25,002 bases of DNA from a virus (lineage: Duplodnaviria; Caudoviricetes), in the IMG/VR virus record IMGVR_UViG_3300034356_000431, positions 1 to 25,002 of that record, one strand, 5' to 3'. The translations under genes were made by a program, and so were the position numbers. Within the stretch, counting starts at the first letter, position 1. The number at the start of each line of letters is the position of its first letter. The notes beneath the pieces are model-generated. The model was not told where the DNA came from. It saw only the letters and a program-made list of their open reading frames with translations, and ran no database searches. Shown in pieces: positions 1 to 9,002 of this stretch.

Positions 1-814
1 CAACGACGCCGGTCGAGCGAATCCGCATCACCTCAACCGCCGCCGCACCAGCCGCCATGACCTTGAACGAGAGGTCGAAGTCCTCGCTGGTCGACGTAAC
101 GTCGGTCGTGATCGCGTCAATCCGCGCCCCAATCTCGAAATTGTTTGCCGCCGTCTCGGTCGCAAAAAGCAGCCCTGATCCAATCCCTGCGGCCGGTGTC
201 CCGGTGCTGCGCGCCTCGATCTGCGCGACATCAATCACGGTGTTCGTCGCGGATGTCTCCACCAGAGATCGGACGACGCCCGTCCCCTTTGATGACATGG
301 TAATCCCGATGTTCGTATCGCCCCCTGCTGCCGAGAGCGTCGGCGCGCCGGTCGTGGCGGCATTGGTGATGTTGAGCTGGTTGACCGCGCTGGCGGTCGT
401 CGTGAACGAGAGCAGTTCATTATTGTTGCTGTCCGCAACCACCGGAGCGGCGATATTGAACTGCGCGCCGGTCGATCGGATCGTCAAGATGTCGGAGCCC
501 GCGATCAAGTGCCGGATCTGCCCGTTGGTCGTCGATGTGATATAGCTAGTCTCTGCCGGGTCAACCGCGACCCGCGCGACGTTGTTTGTCGCGTCGATGA
601 TCGCCAGGGTGATCCATTGCGCGCCGTCATACTGCTTGAGCTCGTAGTTCGCCGACGTCGTGTCGGCCCAGAGCATCCCCGCCACGAGATAGCTCGGCGC
701 GGTCGCTCCGGAGTGCGTCGAGTGCAGAGCCGTGCGGAACGAATTGAGGTCCGACGCCAGCGCCGTTCCACTTTTGGTGTTCGGGTCAATCGTCCCGAAA
801 TCAAACTGCGACAT
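1..814 (-). CDS. Tail fibre / receptor-binding protein, 3' end truncated by the window edge
   Basis: Not in the ORF track. ATG at 814 directly follows the TAA of the J-like gene. Hand translation MSQFDFGTIDPNTKSGTALASDLNSFRTALHSTHSGATAPSYLVAGMLWADTTS...AVNQLNITNAATTGAPTLSAAGGDTNIGITMSSKGTG... stays open to base 1. Thr/Ala/Gly-rich and in the fibre position. Confidence 0.8.
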   Translation of the reverse strand, partial: MSQFDFGTIDPNTKSGTALASDLNSFRTALHSTHSGATAPSYLVAGMLWADTTSANYELKQYDGAQWITLAIIDATNNVARVAVDPAETSYITSTTNGQIRHLIAGSDILTIRSTGAQFNIAAPVVADSNNNELLSFTTTASAVNQLNITNAATTGAPTLSAAGGDTNIGITMSSKGTGVVRSLVETSATNTVIDVAQIEARSTGTPAAGIGSGLLFATETAANNFEIGARIDAITTDVTSTSEDFDLSFKVMAAGAAAVEVMRIRSTGVV

Positions 815-3800
815 TTAAGTGCTCCTCTCTCTGCCGAACCCGATCGCCTGATAGTCGAAAGTCCGACTGATCGTTGTTCCGGCGCTGTTGCGGAATGTAA
901 CATCGAACCCGGTCCGCGTCTTGCCCGAAATCGTGTAGTAATCGCCCGTCTCCATATCCTGCGCGGCAATCGTAACAGATCGCAGCTCGCGAAACCACGG
1001 GGAGAAGGCGACCGCGTAAGTCGCTGCCCCAGAGACTAGGTCGTTTCCGTAGTCGACGCGATCCGGCATGTCGATCACGGCCGTGAGCGCACTGATCGTC
1101 GGCGAGATCGTCGTATAGTTGCTCGTCAGAACCGCGCGGAATTTCAGATGTCTGGCGGTGTAGTCACCGACCACGAAGCGCCGCCACCCTTGATAGACAG
1201 GCGTCGCGCTGTCGACGATCGAGTAATTGACCTGCAGTTCAACTGAGACCTCATCGCCGGTGTCGTCTCCTGCGAGATCCGAAAGACCTGCGAGCGTGAG
1301 CCATCCGGCCATCGTTGAGAGCCCGCCTGTCGTTGAGACCACTGCGTCGACGATCACGCGCGAGGTGTAGACCTCGCTGAGGTCAGTCTCTCCGAACTCG
1401 TAGATACCGACGCTTGGATACCCGGTCGCGGCCGTAAACCCGATGATCGGGACCGACGCGAGCGTCGTCCAGGTTGCCATGTAGTTTTGGCTGCTGAGTT
1501 GGATGATTGATCCATTGAGATCAACGTCGGTCTTCGTCCCGGTCCAGAGGGGCTCCTCGGTGATCGTCGATACGACGTTCTGCGCGGCAGGGTCTTCGAG
1601 CGAGGCGTTTATGAAGGTCGCGGCCACTGAGCGGTTGCCGAGGATGTCGAGCGCCTTGATTGCGTATGATCCCGAGCGGCTTGGCACGGTGAAAGAGCGC
1701 GCCTCCCGCGGGAGCGCGTCCGATAGGACCGTCATAGAAATCCACGAGGTGTTGTTCTGATCCGCAGAGTAGCGGATCTCGTAGCCTATCACGTCAACGG
1801 CGATCGACGGGTAGGTCCACTCAACGTAGGTGTGATCGCCGATGGTGTTGAGTGTGAATGTATTGACCTGCGGAGGCTTGGCGGTCGCGCCGATGACCGT
1901 GTGATTTGATATCTCGGCGAATGCGCTCGTCGTTGCCTCGTCCGGACCGATCGCGCGCACGCCGATGTCGTAGTTGATACCGCTCTCGACCGGGAAGATC
2001 TGGACGTAGGGGCTATCGACGACGCTGTAGGGCATATAGCTGAACGGGTCGCTCGATCCTGATCTGCGGAATCTTGCCTGAAAGAAGGAGGTCCGGGTGA
2101 CCGTGCCGTCGCTCGTCTTGGCGGTCTTGCCTGGCTGAACGTATAGGAAAATCGATGGGACGACCGCGCCGCTCGATGTGACCTGGAGCGCGAGCTCGTC
2201 TGAGACGACTTGAGAGATGGTCGGGATCGGCGGGCCTATGAACGACGCGGAAACCGGCGCGGATAGCGCGGTCGTGTACGCCGGGATCGTGATCGCAGAG
2301 TTGTAGATCTCGGGAGAGTATGGAACGCAAGTAACCGCGGCGCCGAGGTCGTCGAGGTATTCGATCCCCGCGATTAGAACCTGCAAGCTCTCAAGGTTCT
2401 GCTCTCCGAACTGATAGAGGGCGCCGGCGACGATCTGGTTACCGTTATTGACGATTATAGTGTTGCTGGTCACAGTCGTCGCGACTGCTGCCACTGTGCG
2501 GACGAGCGTTGCTCCGGTCGTCGGAATGCGGGTCCGCAGCGTGTAGGTCTTGCCCGCCTCGCGTGTCACAGGCTCATCAAGAACGATAGTTGCCGCCGCA
2601 CGGGATACGACGCGCCCCGACATCTGACCAATGCCAGGGACGTCATGCGTGAGCCTGCACAGGTCTCCACGCATCGCGACGATATGCTCGACATCGATCT
2701 CAAAGTTGAAGATCTCCGGCCGTAGGCGCGCCGCCGCGATATAGTGCCGGCCGAGCTTGTAGACGTTGTCGGGGTCGGTCTGCCCGGGAAGATCGATGAC
2801 CTGAAAGGTCGTTGCGTTTTCGGCGTTGAATCCGTCGTCATAGATGACGCGCTCGTCTTCTCGATAGTCCGAGAACTTGTTGAAGAACCGGATCCGGAGC
2901 GCGTCGGGGATCTCGTTGTAGAGGATCCGACCGGCGAAGTTGCGGGTGTTGCGCGGGGTAAAGTGCTGGACGACGGTTGAGCGCGGCTGTTCAATGACGA
3001 CGGTCCACTTGTCGTCAACGTAAGCTGGGCTGGCCTTGCCCGCGTTAGCGACGTCTTGCAGGAGGTCACGGACCGAGAGTTGGAAGTCGATCACCTGGTC
3101 GAATGCAAGCCCGTTCGTCCCGCAGAAGGTAAACCACGCGCCCAGCGCTGCATCGTTGATATTCGCGGCCGCGACCGGCTTCTTGTTCGGCGCGCCATTG
3201 AGGACGTAGCGGAAAATAGCGGCTGGGTTCGATGTCGCGCTGGTCGTCGCCGTCGTCCAAGCAGATCCGGTCCATGTCGGGATTTTCAACGAGACGAGCG
3301 CGTTGAGTTGGTCAACGATCCCGTTGAGCTGATCGGTCGCCTTGATGCGGAATGCGCTTTTTGCAATCCCTGGGAGCAGAACTGGCTGCGTGCTAGTGTT
3401 GAATGATCGCAGGTCAGACCAGTCGGCGCGGTCGTAGATCCGGTCGTTCCTGAGGTTCTGCTCTGCGGCAAAGCGCCGGATCTGAACCTCGTACTGTCCC
3501 GATGTGAGCGCGGTCTGACGCTGCGAGACGCGCTTCACTTGAGCGGTGTCGTCGCTGTAAGTCTTGTCAAACCATGCCGTGTAGGATCCTGCGCCGACAA
3601 GCCGATACTCCCCGACGATGCGCGCCGATGCGCTGACCCGTTTTCCCTTGCTATTGCTCTCAAAGAGCCCGGTCGCAAAGGTGATCGTGATCCCGATCTC
3701 GGTCGTGTTAAGCGCGGTCGTGCGAGATACAAAGCTGGTCGTGAGCCGGATCGAGAGGTCATCCTGCGAGACGTCGCCCGGGTAGAGCCCGAGCGTCGAG

Positions 3801-4510
3801 GCGCTGCCGTTGAAATCGTGCTCAACATCGACGTCGGTGAAGTCCTCAATCGGCGTGTTTCCGATCTTGATCTGAGAGACGTCGACCGGCCCATAGCCCC
3901 AGACCAGCACGAAGCGCAGGAATTGATCATTCCCGACGATCTCGGTGTAGGGTGCCGCGCCGTAAGGCGGGACCATGCGATGCGTGCCGAGGACGACCGG
4001 CACGGTCTGGTAAGGCGCCAGACCGTTGCGCGCTGCGCTGATCGAATAGCTCGCGCTCTCGGCGCGGTTCTGCACCGGACGCGGCCCGAACAACGCAGAG
4101 GCGGCATAGGTGACCGCCATCGCGATTGCTGCCCCCGCCACTGAGGCGGCAAAGCTACCGGCCACAAGAGCCGGGAAAAGCGCCGTTGTGATCGTCGGAG
4201 CGGCGGCCGTGGCAAGGATCGAGATGATCGAGACCGGATCCTGCGGGATGACACGCAGATAGACCGACGCGCCCGACTTTGGGCGAACCCTCGACCAGAT
4301 CTTTGGATCGATGTAGTCTCCGCCAAGGAATGCGCTGATGTGATCGCGATCAAGCTCGTTGGGGACCATAGCCGCAATTAAATCCGCAAGCGTGCCCACC
4401 GCCGCGACCCGGACGATCAGGCGATCCCCTTGCGCAAATGGGTTCAGGACGAGCGTGACCTCGATGTATTCGGCGAGCGCGCTCTCGGTATATGAGGTGA
4501 GATCATTCAA
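815..4510 (-). CDS. Tail tip / host-specificity protein (lambda gpI+gpJ-like, 1231 aa)
   Basis: N-terminal gpI-like segment, then PYQTVPVVLGTHRMVPPY, TSNPAAIF and GDLCRLTHD motifs and Fn3-like segments (GYEIRYS). Lies downstream of the NlpC/P60 gene. Confidence 0.88.
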   Translation of the reverse strand: MNDLTSYTESALAEYIEVTLVLNPFAQGDRLIVRVAAVGTLADLIAAMVPNELDRDHISAFLGGDYIDPKIWSRVRPKSGASVYLRVIPQDPVSIISILATAAAPTITTALFPALVAGSFAASVAGAAIAMAVTYAASALFGPRPVQNRAESASYSISAARNGLAPYQTVPVVLGTHRMVPPYGAAPYTEIVGNDQFLRFVLVWGYGPVDVSQIKIGNTPIEDFTDVDVEHDFNGSASTLGLYPGDVSQDDLSIRLTTSFVSRTTALNTTEIGITITFATGLFESNSKGKRVSASARIVGEYRLVGAGSYTAWFDKTYSDDTAQVKRVSQRQTALTSGQYEVQIRRFAAEQNLRNDRIYDRADWSDLRSFNTSTQPVLLPGIAKSAFRIKATDQLNGIVDQLNALVSLKIPTWTGSAWTTATTSATSNPAAIFRYVLNGAPNKKPVAAANINDAALGAWFTFCGTNGLAFDQVIDFQLSVRDLLQDVANAGKASPAYVDDKWTVVIEQPRSTVVQHFTPRNTRNFAGRILYNEIPDALRIRFFNKFSDYREDERVIYDDGFNAENATTFQVIDLPGQTDPDNVYKLGRHYIAAARLRPEIFNFEIDVEHIVAMRGDLCRLTHDVPGIGQMSGRVVSRAAATIVLDEPVTREAGKTYTLRTRIPTTGATLVRTVAAVATTVTSNTIIVNNGNQIVAGALYQFGEQNLESLQVLIAGIEYLDDLGAAVTCVPYSPEIYNSAITIPAYTTALSAPVSASFIGPPIPTISQVVSDELALQVTSSGAVVPSIFLYVQPGKTAKTSDGTVTRTSFFQARFRRSGSSDPFSYMPYSVVDSPYVQIFPVESGINYDIGVRAIGPDEATTSAFAEISNHTVIGATAKPPQVNTFTLNTIGDHTYVEWTYPSIAVDVIGYEIRYSADQNNTSWISMTVLSDALPREARSFTVPSRSGSYAIKALDILGNRSVAATFINASLEDPAAQNVVSTITEEPLWTGTKTDVDLNGSIIQLSSQNYMATWTTLASVPIIGFTAATGYPSVGIYEFGETDLSEVYTSRVIVDAVVSTTGGLSTMAGWLTLAGLSDLAGDDTGDEVSVELQVNYSIVDSATPVYQGWRRFVVGDYTARHLKFRAVLTSNYTTISPTISALTAVIDMPDRVDYGNDLVSGAATYAVAFSPWFRELRSVTIAAQDMETGDYYTISGKTRTGFDVTFRNSAGTTISRTFDYQAIGFGRERST

Positions 4511-4940
4511 GGCGGTATGCTCCGATCACGCGCTGCAGGAAACGGTTGTCCCCATCATAGCGCGAAACGCACGAGCCGACGACCTCTTCCGCGTGGAGTA
4601 CGAATCCGGGCTCGGTTATGACCCCGCAATGCGTCGGCCGGCGCTTGCCGCGGTGCATTCCCCACATATGCAGGACGTCTCCGGAGCGCGCATCCTTGAT
4701 CGGGATTGATACGCCGGTCGAGGCGAAGTCGGCCACGGTCTCCGCGCCGCCCTCAATCTGCGTCTCCATCTCGTTGTGACGCGGAAGCCTGATCCCGAAG
4801 ACCTCGCTATAGACCATGCAGACAAGCCCCCAGCAGGACGCGCCCTCGCGGGTTGACCCGTTCCAAGCAAAAGGGATGCCGACGTAGTTGTTCCACCAGT
4901 TAGAAGATGCCGGGGAACGTGGATGGCGAGAAGGTTGCAC
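4503..4940 (-). CDS. NlpC/P60-family tail tip assembly protein (gpK-like)
   Basis: YVGIPFAWNG..REGASCWGLV (catalytic Cys), GDVL, THCGV, VLHA. The GTG start at 4940 has GGAG 10 nt upstream and overlaps the previous gene by 41 nt; start uncertain. Confidence 0.85.
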   Translation of the reverse strand: MQPSRHPRSPASSNWWNNYVGIPFAWNGSTREGASCWGLVCMVYSEVFGIRLPRHNEMETQIEGGAETVADFASTGVSIPIKDARSGDVLHMWGMHRGKRRPTHCGVITEPGFVLHAEEVVGSCVSRYDGDNRFLQRVIGAYRLE

Positions 4941-5376
4941 TTGGGAATGGCTCCGTGAGGAAGTTGTCGATCGTGAGGTCGATGTCCATTGCGCTTGCGT
5001 TATAGCCGACCGACGCGGCCACCAAGCCTGAAATGCTCTGCAGGATCACGGTCGGATCGCTCGCTTCGATGACCTTAAGCGAGAAGGAGACGCGCTCGCG
5101 CTGTCCAGCAAGCGTCCGCAGGATGTTGAGCTCGCTTGTGACGTGCGAGAGCGTGAGCCGTGCCCGCACTTGCAGTTCTGGATCGTCGGGCGGGAGAGTA
5201 ACCGAGAACGGAAACGCGAGATAGGTGTTGGCGCCGGAGATGATGTTCTCGGTGTTGTTGACGAGGTAGAACGTCCCGATCGCGCTGTGCGAGATCTCGA
5301 GCAGCACCAAGAATACGTTGGTCGTCGTCTGCGAGTTGACGGCTGTGATGACCGATGTGGGGAGCGTGCGCGGCAT
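4900..5376 (-). CDS. Minor tail protein, DUF1833/gpL-like (158 aa)
   Basis: LLEISH...YLAFPFSVTLP...FSPSTFPGIF pattern. Start moved to ATG 5376, which overlaps the upstream TAA (TAATG). Confidence 0.78.
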   Translation of the reverse strand: MPRTLPTSVITAVNSQTTTNVFLVLLEISHSAIGTFYLVNNTENIISGANTYLAFPFSVTLPPDDPELQVRARLTLSHVTSELNILRTLAGQRERVSFSLKVIEASDPTVILQSISGLVAASVGYNASAMDIDLTIDNFLTEPFPSATFSPSTFPGIF

Positions 5377-5741
5377 TAGGGGAGCACCTCTAGCATGAGG
5401 TCCAGTCGCCACTGGACCGTCGTTGCAGTGTCGCCTCCCGCAACGCCAGAGCATGACGGCGCTTGCACAAAGCGAGCAGATACGGTCGAGAAGTCGATGG
5501 GATCGATGAAGTCGAACTCGTCCGTCCCCTCTGACAGCGTCGTCTTGTAGAAGGTCTCGAACGTTGCGCGCTCGGATCCGGTCAAGAGCATAGAGCCAGA
5601 CAAGAAGCGCGATGTCGCGGTGAACCTCTTGCGCTGCTTGTAGGGTCCGGTCTCGGTCTGCGACCGGATGAAGCCCTGCTGCCGGGTGTCCTGCACGCCG
5701 ACCTCGAAGTATTGCGGAAGTGAAACCGGCCAGACTGCCAT
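5376..5741 (-). CDS. Distal/minor tail protein (gpM/Dit-like)
   Basis: WP..LP start, GPYKQRKRFT, FETFY...G...FDFIDP. Immediately after the tape measure gene. Confidence 0.78.
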   Translation of the reverse strand: MAVWPVSLPQYFEVGVQDTRQQGFIRSQTETGPYKQRKRFTATSRFLSGSMLLTGSERATFETFYKTTLSEGTDEFDFIDPIDFSTVSARFVQAPSCSGVAGGDTATTVQWRLDLMLEVLP

Positions 5742-5744
5742 CGC

Positions 5745-7943
5745 TTAACCCCTTTGCTGCAAGCGGTTGCCGAGCCCGAACGTCGTCCGGATGGCTCGGT
5801 AGGTCGGCCCTCCGGAGGTGATGTCCTGCGCGATCGCGCGCCCGATCTCGACGACGATGTTCCCGGCGCTGTCGGTCGAGGATGTCGCCTCCTGCCCGCT
5901 GTAGTTGTTGATCGTGATCGTCGGCGCACTGTTGCCGTTCGCTGCGACCACGCCGAGCTTGCCGTCAGATCCCCTGGAGAGCGGCATGATCGCCTCAGGA
6001 CCGGCTTCGCCCATGAGCCCGGTCCCGTTGGCGAACGGGAAGATCGTCGGACCAGAGACGACGCCGCCCTTGGCGAACGGCACGAACCCGCTTGGTCCGA
6101 AGACGTTGCCGTCCGCGCTGCCAATGAACTGCTTGATGCCAGCGGCTATGGGTTCGGCGAACTGCTTCGCGAAGAGATCCTGGGCGACCTTGGCAAGGAC
6201 GTTCGATGCGAAGTCGAGCAATGCATCCCCGAGCGACTTCGTGCCGTCCAGAACTGAGGCGAATGCGTTGTTGAGTTCGTTCTCGACGGTGTCTGCAATG
6301 CCCTCGACCAGTTTGGTGAATGGGTCGAACTTGGCGTTCAAGTCCTCAAGCGCACGAGTGTAGACCTCGCCGCTGATCGCCCCGGCGCGGTAGAGCGTCT
6401 CGACCTTTTCTTGCTCGGCTGCAAATCTCTCCGCCTCGGTGCGCGTGCTCTCGTAGAGCCGTTTCGCCTCCTGCTGGATGTCGTTGAGCGTCTTAGCGCC
6501 GCCCTTTGCGGTTTCGGAGAGTTTCGCGATCTCGGCGTTGAGCGCCGCTGTCGCCTCTGCGTCGGTGATGATCTGCGCTTGCAGCGCGGCACCCTGTGCG
6601 CGCAGGATCCCGTCCTGCGACCCGCGCAGCGCGCCCGAGGAGCGATTGAACTGCGCGGCAGCAAGCGCGCCTGCCTGCCCGATCGGATCCCCAACGAACT
6701 GCCGCCGGATCTCGGCATCTTGCCGCCGGATCTCGGCATCTTGCCGCGCTGCGGCAGCGCTTGAAGCCGCAGAAAGCGCGTTTGTTGCAGCGCGGCCAAG
6801 CTCGTCTGCCATCCGCGAAGCCTCAGTCGCCGCAGAACTAAGCGCGCTAGGAAGATCCAAGCTCTTGAGGTCAAGCCCAGCGAGCGCCGCATCGAGCAAG
6901 GCGTTGTAAAGCGCGATCCCTTGGTCGGATGTCAGGCCGAGCTCGTCGGTCGCCTCGCCGATAGCTTTTGCAAGAAGCTGCGTCGCGGCGACGCGCGATT
7001 CGGTCGTGTCGGCAGTCTTGACGGACGTCATCATGATGACGAGGTTCGCTGCTGCTTGCTCGGTGACCCCGAATGTCGCTGCCATTTGTTTCAGCGCAAG
7101 GCGATACTCATTAAGCTGCGAAAACAGCTCTTCGTTCGCGGCCTTGCGAGCGTCAAGTGCGGTGAGTTCTTCATCGTTTAGGGTAGACGTCCCCGCTTGA
7201 ACTTGGGCGATTTGATCCCGCAGTTCTGCTTGATCTGCCAGCGCTTTGTTTAGATTGATTGCGTTATCAAGTGCGGTTGAGAAATCGAGATCGGCGAGAC
7301 CCGCCCCCATCGCGACGACAACTGCCCCGGAGGCTGCGCGGAAGGCGCGGTCCGCTTCGATTTCGGCAATCTGCCTCTGGATGGCCAAGAGCTCCTGCGC
7401 GGCCGATGCCTGCGCTCCGTACTGAGCCGCGAGGTCTTGCAGGCTCTGCCCCTTCTGCGCTGCGTTGAGCCGCTGCATCGCATCCTCAAGCGCGTCCATC
7501 TTCTCCTTCAGGTCTTCCGCAGCGTCGGCAGTATCAAACATGGCCGGAGCAAAGGACAGGAGCGCGCCGATCGCCACGCCAGCGATCGCGCCCAGAGCAC
7601 CAAAGCCCCCGAGAAGCTGCGGCAGCTGCTGTCCGAGCACGCGCGAAGCGTCAGTTCCCCCCTGCATCTGCACGATGATATCTGAGAGCTGAAAGCTGGC
7701 GTTCTGGATCGAGGACGCGTTATTCTTGAACGCGCTGCCGACGCGGCCTATCGCTCCAGCAATCGGACCCCCTGCGGTCGTGACCTTGCCTTGAGCGCTG
7801 GCGAGCCCGTTGAGTTGATCCTCCAGCTTGTCGGCCGAGCCCGCCGCGCCCTTTGCCGCGTTCTGGAATTGCCCGAGTTGCTGTGCGGATTGCGCCGCAC
7901 CCTTGGTTTGAACCTCGACGCCAAGAGATACTATGTCAGTCAC
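5745..7943 (-). CDS. Tail tape measure protein (~732 aa)
   Basis: Ala-rich helical protein with N-terminal FQLSDIIVQMQGG...QQLPQL and C-terminal FAKGGVV...GLMGEAGPEAIMPL. GTG at 7943 overlaps the upstream TGA (GTGA) and follows AGGAGAGGG. Confidence 0.92.
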   Translation of the reverse strand: MTDIVSLGVEVQTKGAAQSAQQLGQFQNAAKGAAGSADKLEDQLNGLASAQGKVTTAGGPIAGAIGRVGSAFKNNASSIQNASFQLSDIIVQMQGGTDASRVLGQQLPQLLGGFGALGAIAGVAIGALLSFAPAMFDTADAAEDLKEKMDALEDAMQRLNAAQKGQSLQDLAAQYGAQASAAQELLAIQRQIAEIEADRAFRAASGAVVVAMGAGLADLDFSTALDNAINLNKALADQAELRDQIAQVQAGTSTLNDEELTALDARKAANEELFSQLNEYRLALKQMAATFGVTEQAAANLVIMMTSVKTADTTESRVAATQLLAKAIGEATDELGLTSDQGIALYNALLDAALAGLDLKSLDLPSALSSAATEASRMADELGRAATNALSAASSAAAARQDAEIRRQDAEIRRQFVGDPIGQAGALAAAQFNRSSGALRGSQDGILRAQGAALQAQIITDAEATAALNAEIAKLSETAKGGAKTLNDIQQEAKRLYESTRTEAERFAAEQEKVETLYRAGAISGEVYTRALEDLNAKFDPFTKLVEGIADTVENELNNAFASVLDGTKSLGDALLDFASNVLAKVAQDLFAKQFAEPIAAGIKQFIGSADGNVFGPSGFVPFAKGGVVSGPTIFPFANGTGLMGEAGPEAIMPLSRGSDGKLGVVAANGNSAPTITINNYSGQEATSSTDSAGNIVVEIGRAIAQDITSGGPTYRAIRTTFGLGNRLQQRG
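6700..6747. repeat. Perfect 21-bp tandem duplication in the tape measure gene
   Basis: tgccgccggatctcggcatct twice plus tgccgc; encodes RQDAEIR-RQDAEIR-RQ. Confidence 0.93.
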
Positions 7944-8278
7944 GCCTTTGCCCTCTCCTGGTGCCACAGAGCATCGAGTTCCGAGATCATGTCGACCTCG
8001 AGGGGCGTAAAGATCCGCCCGGTGAGGTGACTATACGCCAAGACCTCAGAAAATACTATCGGCGCGTCAGCCTGTCGTGATCGGTGCAAGCGCAGAAAAG
8101 TCGCCCAAAACTCGCCGGTCGTCTTGGGCAATGGCGGGACGTCAAGCTCGTGCGGCCGCATCCCGGTCGCTTTCTCGACTTGCTCGTAATGCTCGCGCAA
8201 CGAGATCCCGTCCTTGTCCTTCTGCGAGAGCCGGAAGACGCCCTCGGCGTGCTTCAGGAGCTCGCCGAGGTCTCGACG
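7940..8278 (-). CDS. Tail assembly chaperone, -1 frameshift (GT) extension
   Basis: The -1 frame is open from the slippery site: RRDLGELLKHAEGVFRLSQKDKDGISLREHYEQVE...ELDALWHQERAKA. It includes the track ORF 7940..8200. Confidence 0.8.
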   Translation of the reverse strand, partial: RRDLGELLKHAEGVFRLSQKDKDGISLREHYEQVEKATGMRPHELDVPPLPKTTGEFWATFLRLHRSRQADAPIVFSEVLAYSHLTGRIFTPLEVDMISELDALWHQERAKA

Positions 8279-8625
8279 AAAAAATTTGCGCGGGTCGATG
8301 CTGCTGCAAAGGTGTCATCGCGCAACCACGCCGGAAACTTCGGGTATATCTCGGCGGCCTCACTCACATCCGGGCGCTTGCCCCCAGCAGTGATCGACCA
8401 TCGCGCCGTGATCCTGGCGAGGAACGCGATCAGCTTCTCGGTCGGATCCTCAATGCCGAGGCGCGCCACCTCGGCGAGCGCGTTTCGATATTGCTTGGTG
8501 TCGGCCCCGTAGAGCTCAACCCATTGGGGCGACCCATCCTCGTTGGGAACGGGCGCCTTCGTGATAGGATGCAAAACCTGATATGTGTAGGTGTCGCGGA
8601 AGGTGAGGTCGTAGAGGTCCATCAT
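8254..8625 (-). CDS. Tail assembly chaperone (G)
   Basis: 123 aa with LHPIT...G.D...YRN...RANFF pattern. Upstream of the tape measure gene and ends in a slippery sequence. Confidence 0.82.
   Translation of the reverse strand: MMDLYDLTFRDTYTYQVLHPITKAPVPNEDGSPQWVELYGADTKQYRNALAEVARLGIEDPTEKLIAFLARITARWSITAGGKRPDVSEAAEIYPKFPAWLRDDTFAAASTRANFFVETSASS
8278..8287 (-). promoter_or_regulatory. Programmed -1 ribosomal frameshift site
   Basis: Minus strand GCA AAT TTT TTC holds two overlapping X XXY YYZ heptamers (A AAT TTT and T TTT TTC) near the end of the chaperone gene. Confidence 0.82.
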
Positions 8626-9002
8626 ATTTCCCTGTCATTCGTTGAAAACAATCCCATCGCCGCCAGCGCATTTGGCCCATCCATACCACCGATAGCAGTC
8701 AGGGTTGTAGGAGATGCGCTGAGAGCCTCTGTGCTGAACGCTAGAGCAGCTTGAGCACGTTCTGCGGCTACCATGTCGATCACTTCAGCAGTGTCCCAGA
8801 GCGGGCGCTGTAGGGGTGCCTGCGCGAAGATGATCCATTCGTCACGAGCATCAAAGGATGCTGCTGCGTAGAGGTTGCCTTGGGCATCTACCCAGTTCAG
8901 TCCACGATAGGTTTCCCCGTCAGCCTCAGAGAAGCCAAGGCACATGGCATACTGGTTGGCCTCGGGGATAAGTAGTTCAGGACAAGAGCATGTAATCCGC
9001 AT
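8622..9002 (-). CDS. Hypothetical protein in the head-spike cassette
   Basis: 126 aa; start and stop overlap both neighbours; lower-GC codon usage like the upstream fibre gene. Confidence 0.65.
   Translation of the reverse strand: MRITCSCPELLIPEANQYAMCLGFSEADGETYRGLNWVDAQGNLYAAASFDARDEWIIFAQAPLQRPLWDTAEVIDMVAAERAQAALAFSTEALSASPTTLTAIGGMDGPNALAAMGLFSTNDREI

Noticed and set aside
7944-7967. Longer track starts (7967 for tape measure; also 5454, 16830 and 24192)
   Set aside because: Downstream starts overlap the preceding gene ends and give cleaner N-termini.
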